Below, piece by piece: positions 12,458 to 24,100 of a stretch of 64,000 bases of DNA. Every line of letters begins with the position of its first letter. Positions within the stretch are counted from its first letter, which is position 1. The stretch comes from Fimbriosthenelais zetlandica (lineage: Eukaryota), in NCBI GenBank assembly GCA_977030845.1, contig OZ365111.1:49972001-50036000 (forward strand), given 5' to 3'. The translations under genes were made by a program, and so were the position numbers. The notes beneath the pieces were generated by a model, which was not told the DNA's origin, made no database searches, and was given only the letters and a program-made list of their open reading frames with translations.

Positions 12458-12471
12458 CTGGGCCCATAACC
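12458..12471 (-). other. Primer-binding site complementary to internal half of tRNA-iMet
   Basis: Minus strand GGTTATGGGCCCAG immediately follows the 5' LTR; plus strand CTGGGCCCATAACC equals the anticodon-arm sequence of metazoan initiator tRNA-Met. Confidence 0.92.
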
Positions 12472-12676
12472 TATTGAAAGTTGTATACCATAGGGAGCAG
12501 GTGTGGATCACCGACCACACTGGTCAGTGGTCAGTAGTAGAAAAGGGGCGAGTGCAGTGAATGTGTGTGTGAGCTTGATCCTTCACAGTTCAGTGATCCT
12601 TCAGTTTGGGAAGCCATATGTGTATATGTATAGTTACATAGTTTGTATGGGAAGACATGTGCATATATTTTCAACA
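12472..12676 (-). repeat. 5' LTR of Copia element
   Basis: Direct repeat of 7769-7973, adjacent to PBS and flanked by TSD GGTAG. Confidence 0.98.
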
Positions 12677-14691
12677 GGTAGCGCAATTGATTTCTCTTAT
12701 GAAATGATTGCTGCAAATGTATGGCTTTACAAATGATGATTGATCATTAAAGAGTGGGACTTTTCACTGACTAAACTAAAGCACTTCAAGGTGTTTGCCT
12801 GGTACCATGCAGAGTAGCTTACTGGATACAGATATGAAAAATTGCAATATTATTCTGGAAAGATGCACAGAGAAAGATGGAATAGTTTGGTGGAATAACT
12901 GTCTGAATCGTTCCAAATTATAATGGAATAAAGGTGGAAAAGGTCGTCATGGAAAAATCAATTTTGTATCAATGAATTGCTACATGTGCATCCTGGTTAT
13001 GAGAGAGCTGCTTGTGCCCTAAGGTCTTAATTATTTTTATCATCAATTTGGCTGAAGTCATCAGATTTATTTTAGCCTAGCGAAAACCTCCCAAGCCAAA
13101 TTTAACTTCAAACATATTTAATTACATGAAGTATTTAGTATTTGGAAACATTTTGGTTTGGTTTCAGCATTCCCCAGACTGGCGATAGTTCTTTTTTTCG
13201 TCAAATGGTTTCATATTTCGCCTACGATGGGTGGCGAATCAGGAATGCAGAAGAACGCAGGAGGTGGAGTCATTTCTTGACTGAAGGCACTATAAGGGAT
13301 ACCGATCCCCTGGTTTATTTCATGAGATCATTAACGAAGCCTCCACCATTGTTTTCCACATCTGAGTCCGGATATTAATACCATTGCCACCATCCATCAT
13401 ACGTTTAAATGCTGGGAGATTAGGCCGCTGTAATATGTCATAATTTACCCAGCCATCACACACTGCTGATTTAATACCTCAGGAACAATGCCACCTGTCA
13501 TGAATACAGTCACAGTTCTGGAATGTTCCGGCCCTCAACATTTGTCATTGGGTTATTATCTGTATTATAGTTCTCATATTACTCCCTCTCCCCACCTCCC
13601 TCAATGCTAGGCCGTCAGAATAATTTGACACATGGCTTTGATTTGCATCTGACATGCCCCTATTGCCTATTGGATTATTTCCTACCTGATTTGCATTTTG
13701 AATAGAAACTTTCCTAGGTTCTTTATGAAATTTGAAAATTGAGATAGATTGAGAGAGGAAGGTCAATGGTAGATCCAATGGTGGTTGGTACAGGGGTCGG
13801 GACTCCCCCGCTAAGATTCCTCCAGTCGCTTCAAAATTGGACCACTAGGCTTGGATACACCCCTGGGCAATAGATGAAAAAGTTTTGACCCATATAAATG
13901 TCCAGTAATATCAGATTTAGACCTGTCCAGATATTTATCCTGGAATTTTGAAAAAAAAAATCTTAGAAAAATCAGGCAGAAGTCAGGGAATGTTTTTTCC
14001 ATAAAATGCTGGGAAACCTGATTAATCAATATACATACATGTACATTATGAGATATGTGGTCTCAGTCAGCCTAAGACATGCATGGGTGGAGGGGACTCT
14101 AAGGGCAGGGAATAAGATCAAACCTAATAAGGCAGGCTGGAGGCAGTACTTGCCATCGCTACACCTTCCTTGATTGATTACAGAACTAAGTCACACATCA
14201 GCTTGCCGGCCTGGATCGATGACCCCTCACCTGATTTCTACTGCTCGGGAACAGTGAAATGTCTGGTGACGGGTCAGACTTCTGCTGCTTTAATGATTTA
14301 AGACAATGCTTACATACCGAGAGTGACGCCGAGACACAACACTTGTAAGTGTCCTGTGTTTGTTTGCGAAGCCAATATTTTAACTATTTTTTCCTCTCTT
14401 GTCCAGCTAAGTAATACTGCCGTTCCTCTGGTCAAGGTGTTTCAGACTGAAGAGAAAAGTAGAAAGGTTTCTACTAATACTACTGTCTACTGCTGAATAT
14501 AAGTTTCAAGATATATTTGCAGAGAATAAATTTTCATGGTTATTTTTAAGATCCATTAGAAAACGTCCTGATGCCCCAAGCTATTTAAGGAACCTGGGGA
14601 ATAAATAGTTCAGGGTTTTTAGAACCAAAAATTAATTCGTAGAAAGATGTTCTGAGACCAGGGCTGCCAGGAAGATACATGGACGACTTGA

Positions 14692-14889
14692 TAAAGCTGG
14701 GACTCCACTGCTGCCATTTTGCTTGCGACACTTCTGCGACAAATGTGTTGCTCGTGTTTCAATGACAAATTTACCCTTGAAGGGCAGCCTTAAGGCATTG
14801 GACAATAGGACCACAATTTAAAAAATTAATCGCTATGCAAGTATCACATTTGTCGCAGTAGTGTCGCAAGTATTGGAGTCCCAGCTTTA
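14692..14889. mobile_element. MITE family A copy with best-preserved outer ends
   Basis: TAAAGCTGGGACTCCA ... TGGAGTCCCAGCTTTA perfect 16-bp inverted ends, inner GCTTGCGACAC / GTGTCGCAAG arms. Confidence 0.8.
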
Positions 14890-17329
14890 GGTTCCCGCAG
14901 GTCCTCCAAGTGAGTTCAGCTACAAGCTCACCGGGTGACAGATGTGAGGAGAATGTAGAGTAGGTGAATGGATATACTGATAGCACCAACCCTCATTCAT
15001 TATCACAATCATTCACTTCCTTGTTGTCTGACCAAGGCAAGAGGAAGACTTACAAATCACCAGCGGAAAAGGGGGGATGTTTCAGCCTTTGGTCCAAAAA
15101 TGTGTAAGCAACAAGAAAGGGGCTTGGGGGTGTCTGGGGCCCGTCTTGTTGAATCATAATGATTCACAATCAGAGGGTGTCTCGAACCCTTGGACCATGC
15201 ATGGTCCACCCCTGACCGGATTCACCCAAATGAGGAAACTGATTCTAAATCCACAGTTGACCTCATCCTCTCAGAACTCCCCCAAGTACACTGCCAACGG
15301 AAAACTGACAACAGAAGTCTGTCCCCAGTACACTGCCCAAAGAACACTGCCTCCAATACACTACCCGCAGAAAACTGTGACCCCTGATCATCCATATGGC
15401 GGTGTAATTTTGCACCCAAAAAAGTATAATTATTATTAACAGTGTCACTCTTGATGATGACCCAGTGATGGAATATATAAACAAAGCCACCAGTTTTTAC
15501 CATGGAGCAGAAGGCACGAGGACTCCCACAGGCATGCAATTCAATCTGGAAATCAATATGCCAATCTGGAAATGTACCCCGAGAGAAGGAAGATTGATGG
15601 AAAGATTAGAAGAGTGGGAGGAGGAAGTGATTTTCCCTGTGCCCCCCACACTCCGCCGTTGTGTCCACCCTTTTGATTTGAACTTCATATATTATCAGTG
15701 GATGCTATGTGGCTTTTCATTTCTGTTGCATTGCCCTGGGTGTCTGTTGGTTACAGGACTGGGGGGCTTCCTGAACTAGCTCTATAATTCAGGACTTGGC
15801 CAGACTTGATGTCATTCTTGTTTGCCATCACAAGATTCTCTCATAATTCATTCACCTTTCCGAGTGAACGTTTCTCAGGAAAAGAGATCGATCAAGTTCT
15901 ATCCTGGAGCAGGGATGCAATTGGATCCATTAATGTTTATTTGGTAATTTTGATTATTTGGTTATTTTATTATTGGGTTCATTAATTGTTTATAAATTAC
16001 ATTTGACATCTGATAGGAACGATTTGGATCAGCTGTCTTCATAAATTTTCATGAAGGGACTCGTTGCCTTCCAAATCTGGAAAGATTGGGTCCAGACTCT
16101 TGTTTGCTGGGCTCAAGTCTCCTGATTTTCATTGTTGACCGACTTCAGTGGGCATTTTTCTGGGTTTTATTTCGAAACCATGATCAAACTGGACACAGAC
16201 ATGTAACCTCACCCCCTTTAGACTTGGGAAAAGTCATTTCCTATCTCTAAAATGTTCTATTTCACTGCACTCGCCAAATGGACCACACATTGGAAAATAT
16301 CCAACAATTTAGGTCATTTCTAAGGACATTACCTGGTTGGATGGAGTTTGATTAGAAACATTGCAGCCAAGGAAATCCAATATGGCGGCGTGATTGGCAG
16401 ATTTGCCTCGGGTAGCTCTCCCATGAGAAGAGGAATTTTAATGGAATTAATCATGGGCGGGACTCAAAGGAACAGAACGGGCAAATGTGATTGAACTACA
16501 TATAGGCAAGTGTATATTTGCTTGGAAATGTTCTTACTTGTCCCATATATATTTCATTTTGTCCCTCGGTATCCATCATTTCTTCTGACACATCTGCACC
16601 ATATAACTAGTCATTACCAGTCCCAGAATATTCATAAATGCATTGGACATTTTTCTTGATTTCTCTCGAATATCTTTATGAATCACAGACTTTTATTTAC
16701 GATTTTACCTGGAGTTGTAAGGTGTAATATATCTGGTGTCTCATCGCAATTTGCACGACAATTCAAGGGTGTTGCGAACCAAATTGATGACCTACATGTA
16801 TAGTATAGGTTATATAGCCGGCAAGAAATCATTGCCAATATTTTTTCCCGTAGTGTTTGGCGCTTTGAGCTATACCACTATTTGCTCTACCAAGTCCCAT
16901 TCGTTGTAAACCTCTGCATGATCTCTTAACATTTCTCTGCCCTAAGGGGAATTTCCTGCTCAATCTGGAGCCAGGGACAACCATGACTTAAGAGGCAGCC
17001 AACTAAAATGCCATTTAAAAGTGAATAGAGTGATTGCTGCACATTGCCCAACCTTGGAATGCAGGCAACCAGATCATTTGGGGATTTTATAGGCCCCAAA
17101 AGTGCAGTGCAGAAAGAACTGCCTTATACCGGTCTTTTCCATCAGTGATAGAAACTCTTACAGTGAGATTCCCTATTTATGGTAATAGTACATTGATTTG
17201 CACCTGATTATATCATTTCTGACTATTGTGAACCTTAAAAAGTAATCATTTTTGGGCAGAAGTTTAAATAGTACCAAAGATACTGATTTAGGAACAGATC
17301 TGACCAGTTAAGAAAATGTCATAGCAGGA

Positions 17330-17880
17330 ATTGAAGAAGACGACATTGTGTGTCGATAGCATTTTCCTTCTTGCCCCGAAACTGGCTGAACCTTTAAACA
17401 TGTATTCAGTCTTTCACCCAATATTTGTAGGATGTTGCAATAGCTGAGATTGTTATTTGATTAATTTTCTTTCAAAATATACAATAATTTGTTAGTGATC
17501 ATATACCTGGCAGTATGGGTTTGGCCTAGGAGGATGTTGCAACAGTGATAGTTCTTACTTTATTAAGTTTTATTTCAAAAAAGTATACAATTATTTGTTA
17601 GTGATCATATAGCTTGGAGGCCTGGCCATGGTGGTATAAGCGGTAATTGAGCCTCGATGAATCCCTCATTGTGCTGTACCTTAAGGCAGACTCTTGATCA
17701 CTCACAATGATGAAGTGACCATGGTGGATAATTAGAATATCTTATGGCCGGCCTATAGTTCTCATCACAATGAACACAACTCACCACCAATCATCTCTGT
17801 TGACTCGTGGAACTGGCGGTTTGTGTAGTCATCTTTATTCATGAGGTTAATCTACATAATACACTGGATTGCCTCTGTGA
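17330..17880 (+). pseudogene. Highly degenerate non-LTR (LINE, CR1/L2-like) reverse transcriptase fragment
   Basis: 17331-17411 translates LKKTTLCVDSIFLLAPKLAEPLNMYSV (resembles KATGVDGI...APELAEPL); about 17668-17700 ATTGTGCTGTACCTTAAGGCAGACTCTTGAT resembles IVLDLKAAFD with substitutions. Interrupted by stops and a roughly 100-bp duplication (17429-17617). Recognition is by eye only. Confidence 0.4.
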
Positions 17881-17940
17881 ATACACTATTGGACACACTT
17901 TGGAACCTAATAATAATCCATATGCATATGTATAAAGATT

Positions 17941-18140
17941 GCATCTTTCTGATGCTTGTCCATGGTCTTGCTATGTTGACAGGCGTGTAACTAAACCATT
18001 GCTGTCATTGGAGCATCTTTCTGATGCTTGTCCATGGTCTTGCTATGTTGACAGGCGTGTAACTGAACCATTGCTGTCATTGGAGAAGAGCAGGCCATTG
18101 TGTGCTAACTGTGTTTCCTTTTCGTCCTGAGGTATCAGGC
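17941..18140 (+). mobile_element. SINE family B 3' fragment with 72-bp tandem duplication
   Basis: 17941-18012 repeated at 18013-18084, running into CCATTGCTGTCATTGGAGAAGAGCAGGCCATTGTGTGC...GTGTTTCCTTTTCGTCCTGAG shared with other family B copies. Confidence 0.7.
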
Positions 18141-18147
18141 AAATTAA

Positions 18148-18417
18148 NNNNNNNNNNNNNNNNNNNNNNNNNNNNNNNNNNNNNNNNNNNNNNNNNNNNN
18201 NNNNNNNNNNNNNNNNNNNNNNNNNNNNNNNNNNNNNNNNNNNNNNNNNNNNNNNNNNNNNNNNNNNNNNNNNNNNNNNNNNNNNNNNNNNNNNNNNNNN
18301 NNNNNNNNNNNNNNNNNNNNNNNNNNNNNNNNNNNNNNNNNNNNNNNNNNNNNNNNNNNNNNNNNNNNNNNNNNNNNNNNNNNNNNNNNNNNNNNNNNNN
18401 NNNNNNNNNNNNNNNNN
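18148..18417. other. Assembly gap
   Basis: Run of N. Confidence 1.
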
Positions 18418-20429
18418 TCACCTCCTCCCTCAATTGCTCGGTCACTTTCTCACTCATTCACTCCCGAACTTTCCCCTGGCCTGGTAGACACTTTGCCTTG
18501 TGGCATTATGTATACTTGATACTTTCTATACCGTAATAAAAGAAACTCCCTGGCACTGGTCTATTGCAAAAAGACCCTCCAGTATTTCCCATGATGGACC
18601 TGTCTGGACGAGTACATGATACTTCTACATAAATCAATGATATTCTGGCAACTCAATATCAGCAAATAACATAGAAACAGTATATATGTTTTTTGTATAT
18701 ATGTTTGCCTCCAGAAGACGCAAAACATGTCGCCATTTGACATGAACGAAATGCTTCATGATGAAATGAAAAGGTGTAAGCTTTAGTAGGCCTCTCCTCT
18801 GGATTAAGGGGGTGCTACACATGCCATTTTTGCCAAATATACATAATCCCAAAACCCCACACGATCCTTGGGACCGACGCAGGCCAATTATGTCCGACGC
18901 CATCATCATCATCCACGCCGGCCATTTTGGTTTTATGTCACTTTTTACAGGGGTGACCCGCACTTTCCAAGTACGCTGCTATGTTGTGAGTAGTATAGAA
19001 AGTATGCATTGCATGAGGCAAAACTGTGTATCCAATAACCCCTCTTGTGTGTATCCTCTTTCCTCATCCGGCTTACTATGTGGTTAAGAGTCCTGCTTCA
19101 CACAGAAGTCTACATTCACTATGTAAGCATCTGTCAATCCAATTTGCACTTATTTATTCTCTGGTACACTCCTGTGAATTATTTCATATTCATAGAAAAA
19201 TAGGCAATCGTGTGAATATGACTAGAAGGCTGAAACTAAATAGTAAATAAAATAATGAAAATAACTTTACGCTTTAGCATGGCCATTAATAATGCCTATC
19301 GGTAACAAGTGCTATAGATGAATGCATGTTTTAACATATCTTGACTTTCTCTTTTCAGTCTTACTAACACTAATATGGATATAATGAATCATGTGACCAT
19401 ATCTATACAGCTGTCACTAAAGAACCATGGAATCCTACCTTGTGTCCCTCTAGTGAGGAATAATACATAGATTATAGTGGATTACCAGACCTAAAATGGA
19501 AATAGCAAGGATTTACATTACCAGATTGTGAACACTTCAACTTAAATTTGTCATGAACTTAGAAGTATCTGGATTTGTAAATCAATGGGGATTCTTTTAG
19601 GAATCTAAGTCGAGAATTTAATCCTTTAATCTCACAGGCTTGTGTAAATAATGATGTGAACCTCCTGGCGTTTCCTTTTGAATATATCTGAGGGAATTTG
19701 TAAGGGCTACGATAATTTTTGTGCGCTCATATTTCTTTCTAGTAGTGCCAGTAGGTTGGAGAAGTGGCATACATGTGTATGTGTTAGGACCGCCTTATGC
19801 TTCATCGATGCCAATATCATCACGATTGGCCGATCTATGCCACCTGCTTCTATCCGCGTGCAGGACCAGGTTTGGCCAGTGTAGAGGATAAAGCCATTCA
19901 GATATCCTATTCACCCGCTAAGACCCCTGATGAATGAAGCTAGATTGCCCAACCCAGCGCCCAAATTATCAATCTGTCTACCCACTCCCGCATCTTTTGT
20001 CATACTCCAATGCATTGCCATGGGGAACCAAGACAGTTCATTTGCTTCCCCGCAGAACCATGTTCCAGTATGCACTCGCTCTTCGCCGCTTGACAAATAT
20101 TGTGGATGGGCTTCCCGGATCTTACCCGTGTTTTCATGATCATATTTTACTCGCCTGAAATCTGGTTATGTCGGATTAACAGATATTGCAAGAGACAAGG
20201 AAAACAATTGGTTTAATTCCATCTCAGTGCACTGCATTTAATTTTCTCCATTTTTCTTGACTGGTTTGGTTCGAATGAACGTCTGCTAGGAAATCACGTT
20301 CGCTGGCCTTCAAACCTGTAGTCAAAGTGTCATATTTTAGGTTTGAGAACATCATTTTCTAACATGATGATTTTAAAGTTTGGTTCCGACTGGAGACATC
20401 TGACATGTCGTAATTTTACACCATGACTT

Positions 20430-20520
20430 CCTCCTCGTTTAAGGTCATGTGACAGGTCATCTGGTGACGTGACATCAACCACGAGTAATGACTGACCATG
20501 TGACATCCAACATGACCTAG
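20430..20520. promoter_or_regulatory. Candidate promoter-proximal motif cluster of the PDZ gene
   Basis: GTCATGTGAC (bHLH-zip E/M-box, 20444-20453) nested between two AGGTCA half-sites, plus TGACGTGA and CCATGTGAC, about 600 bp upstream of the ATG. Confidence 0.3.
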
Positions 20521-21057
20521 CTTCTACCCTCACCTACTTAAGTGCATCTTGCTATGGAAAAGGGCCTTTTCCTGATATCTTCTTTCCTGGAGAAATGTTG
20601 GATAAAATCAAGTTACTAACGCAGACGGTATTTGAAAGGGAATCTGAAATCCCAGTCCTAAAATGTGCCATATTTCCATGAATCTTTCCACCAGTGAACA
20701 CTTGGACCAAACCATCAGGAAAATCGGATTTATACTTATTGTTTCTTTTGAAATAAAAACCTGCAGCGAAATCCTAAAGGATGTGACAAAGGAATGGTGT
20801 TTGTGGAGAGAGTGTCATAGTGAACCTTCATCGCCCCGCGTTCCATTCGCCTAAGACCAATGATGATTAATTGGATACGTTTGAAGCTGTTTTAATCCTG
20901 TCCTCTGAGAAAAATTCCCTTTGAGTGAGGCTTACGGAATCCTTCTTCTTCTTCCAAGATGTCTTCTGAGAAATGGGATTTCAAACAGTGCAAAAACATG
21001 TCAAAATGGAATTTATATGAATTGTGACTCAAAACAGGGAATAAAACGGATTCTACC

Positions 21058-21124
21058 ATGGTGGACCTAGAAGGCTACCTCATCTTGGTCGTCCAAACTT
21101 TGGACGGCAAGATCCGACTGTTTG
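21058..21124 (+). CDS. MPP5: First coding exon of PDZ-domain protein (MVDLEGYLILVVQTLDGKIRLF-G); likely Stardust/PALS1-like MAGUK long isoform
   Basis: ACCATGG Kozak context, in-frame TGA upstream (21025-21027), GTGAGT donor at 21125, phase 1 matches the exon at 53873 and rebuilds FGSPA. The MPP5/stardust assignment is from remembered similarity of invertebrate N-termini, not a search. Confidence 0.75.
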
Positions 21125-24100
21125 GTGAGTGTCCTTCTAATATTTATGTCTTTTAAATCCGATTGGTGTTAGAAAACCTTAGATTATTAATGCCAATTGA
21201 GCAGGCTCTCAGGATCAGTCAACTGTACTGGAAGAATATTCATTACCAGATTTGGAACTGATCAGCATTTTTAAGGTTTCTGCATGGTCAGCATGAATTC
21301 CCTAACCATGTTATCCCTATTTGTGAAACCTTAAGTACGATTTGGAATCATTTCTATCTATTTATTGGCCTGGAGTAATATCCTTTCTGCCAGGAACATT
21401 ATTCTGTACCTTATCGAATCATCTTTCAATTATAAGGAGGGGATACCGTTTTTGGTATCTGCTCAATTCTATATTAATGGTCTTCGATTGATGTAGACTC
21501 AGATGATATAGGATACCATACCAATCATTTCCCTATCAGAAAATAGATAACAGTAATTTCCATGAAATCGTACTAGAGCTTGCTTTGCCTTATCGTCTTT
21601 TGGTTGTTGGAAAGACTGCCCAAATACAAATATTTGTAGTTTGAAGCAGCAATCGTCCCGAGTAAAAGCTGTCATTAATTTTATTGGACTTTTTGGATAC
21701 GAATGTGATGGATTTTTTTCTTGGTACTTCATTTTTCTACTTGCGTTGTTGTGATGAAAGTTTCCATCAAATCATTCAACTGCCACTTTGGTGATGGCAA
21801 ACATTTTGCAATTGAATTTCCTTTCCGTGCCCAAAGCAATATTTTCAAGGCAACTCCTGAAACTTGTGAGTTACTCAGGGGAACTGGTTTAACTGACTGC
21901 TTACACATTTGTAACTGATTTTTGTCAAATAGCAGTTGATTACATATGGCTTATGCTGTCTTGGTGTTCAAATTAATAATGTTACCATGGTTACGACTGC
22001 AGCAAAACATAGTCATTCCTATTGACTATTCCTGGAAACGTTATTTTTCATCTGGCATTTTCCATTCCCTTAATATCAATGTGATTGAACAGATTACTTG
22101 TTCCCATGTATTTATCATATTGCAGAGTGAGTGCATCCCTTCTACTTGCAGCAAGGCTATAACACATGTGTAGGTGTTTTGCTATATTGCCCTTGTATTT
22201 GTCATACATACAGGAATGCGATCATTACAGTGCCTTTATTTCTGCATCTAGCTTCAGTAGAAACAGTCCATAAAGCAGTGTTAATGCACCCCGCCATACC
22301 AGTACATGCTTTCATCGTGAATACCAAGCTACCAGATATTGACCTTGTCCTTTTATCTACGTCCCATGTGCCTGGCAGGAGAATGCGATGAAGACAACAC
22401 TTTGTCACCTACTTCTCGGTCGTTACCTCCATTTTCCCCCAGCCTTTTTTTTCGAGAATGTCAAACCGATGCCAGCGTATCCGCCCCCTCGTTGCCTCGT
22501 ATTTGGGTGGTTTCAACCCCTCATCAGTAGATTGCTGCCCGTTCAAGTGGCCGTGTCTATAATCTGGCAGCTGGGGGTCGTCATTAGATGCCTTCTTGGC
22601 TCATGTTGGCTTATCAGTGGGCGGCTAGATCTCATTGTTGTCAGGCTCATTGGTATGGCTTGCCAGGCAATGAACTGAGCATCTCTGCTTCAAAGGGAAA
22701 TGTTGTTAGATTCCTCAGCAATCCCCACACCTGTGTTTCCTTATAACCCTTTCCCACTGCAGGTCTGTTTAATTGGAAGTAACAACTTCTGTCTTTTTCA
22801 TCAATCAACCTAATACAAATGAAAGAGAAAACTTGGGTTTACTGCATGCACGGTATACAACGCTTATACAGACCTGTTTTAATGGTCATGTATATATGGA
22901 AATCAATTTAATTATAATTTGCATCAAGATGTATGCAGCTTTGTTATCTTTAGATGAAAAAGAAATGCATTTGCACTCTCAGGATTGCACTCAAAACCTC
23001 AAGTGGATTGAACCCAAGTCTCAGCATCCAATGCTTAGACCCTATCAAACCAATCAGGCCAATTCCATTCACTTCGGATCAACCCTTTGTTCCTAATGGG
23101 GTTTTCTCTACCATTTAATTTCCAAAAGTCGGTAAAAATTTGGTTAATATAGATGTAACATTTTTGGTGCAAATTGACCAGAAGAACTGGAGTTTAATGC
23201 AGGCTCTCTAGCTGAATTTAAGCATTTCTCTTATGAGACGAAATAATGGCAAGAATCCGAGGATTGAAAAACTCGTGAAACTGTGTTTAGAGAAGTGCTG
23301 GAGTACACGTGTTCTGTATTAGTTGGCAATCCTCGCTGCACAGTGCAGGCTTTTTCACGGGAATCCTTCTGGCACTAGAGGGCTTCACTTTGATCATTCA
23401 GACATGGGCGCATGTCCAAAGGGGATCCCAACTACAGTCCAGTAGGCACTGCTACTGCCATAGGCCTACCAGATTAAGCCTTCTCTGAACACTGGGGCAT
23501 ATATATACTCCCAATCACTCTATTGTTTCTCTGCCATTGAAGCTAAATGTAGGCCTATACTGCATCTATAATAAGCGCTCTTTCATTTCACTCTGTTCTT
23601 TAATAATTCCGTCTATTTTTGGAAGAAGAAAGTGAAGAAAGGAATGTGTAAAGCATGCTTTTATCTTCTTTTTACCATAAGCCCCTGACAGAAGTAGCTT
23701 TGAACATCTGTCTACATTTCAATCTTTGTGAAGCTTTACTTTCGGGACCAGCGGTGGATGAGAAATGCTGATATACCACCCTGGGGGCAGGATGAATGTT
23801 TGCTTTTCCTCTTGCCACACGGAAGAAAATTGATTGCAGTTGATGGTGCTTCTCGCTGGGTAGAGTCCACAGTCATCAAGCGAGCAAATGTATATATAAT
23901 GGATCAAAGTCTCCCATTATTTAACAGACATTCAAATGACTTGGTTTGTCATTATTTAACGGTTTTCACTTGGCCCTCCAACGGTTCCTGGACAAACTAA
24001 GATATGCGAGGAACGCCAAATGAGAAACAAATGGCCAAATGGCTAAAGCATTGTTATGAAACAAGTCATATCCTACTTTTCCTTCCTTTCTTAGATTTTT

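Larger units (their letters stand above)
7769..12676 (-). mobile_element. Full-length Ty1/copia LTR retrotransposon (4908 bp)
   Basis: Two 205-bp direct repeats (7769-7973, 12472-12676), 5-bp TSD GGTAG (7764-7768 and 12677-12681), PBS, PPT and single gag-pol ORF with PR-IN-RT-RH order diagnostic of Copia. Confidence 0.99.

Noticed and set aside
22490-22535. Hammerhead-like CTGATGA...GAAAC on the minus strand
   Set aside because: Stem II lacks the G-C closing pair, and no stem III/UH cleavage site or stem I partner could be formed. The same applies to CTGATGA hits near 46085 and 46370.
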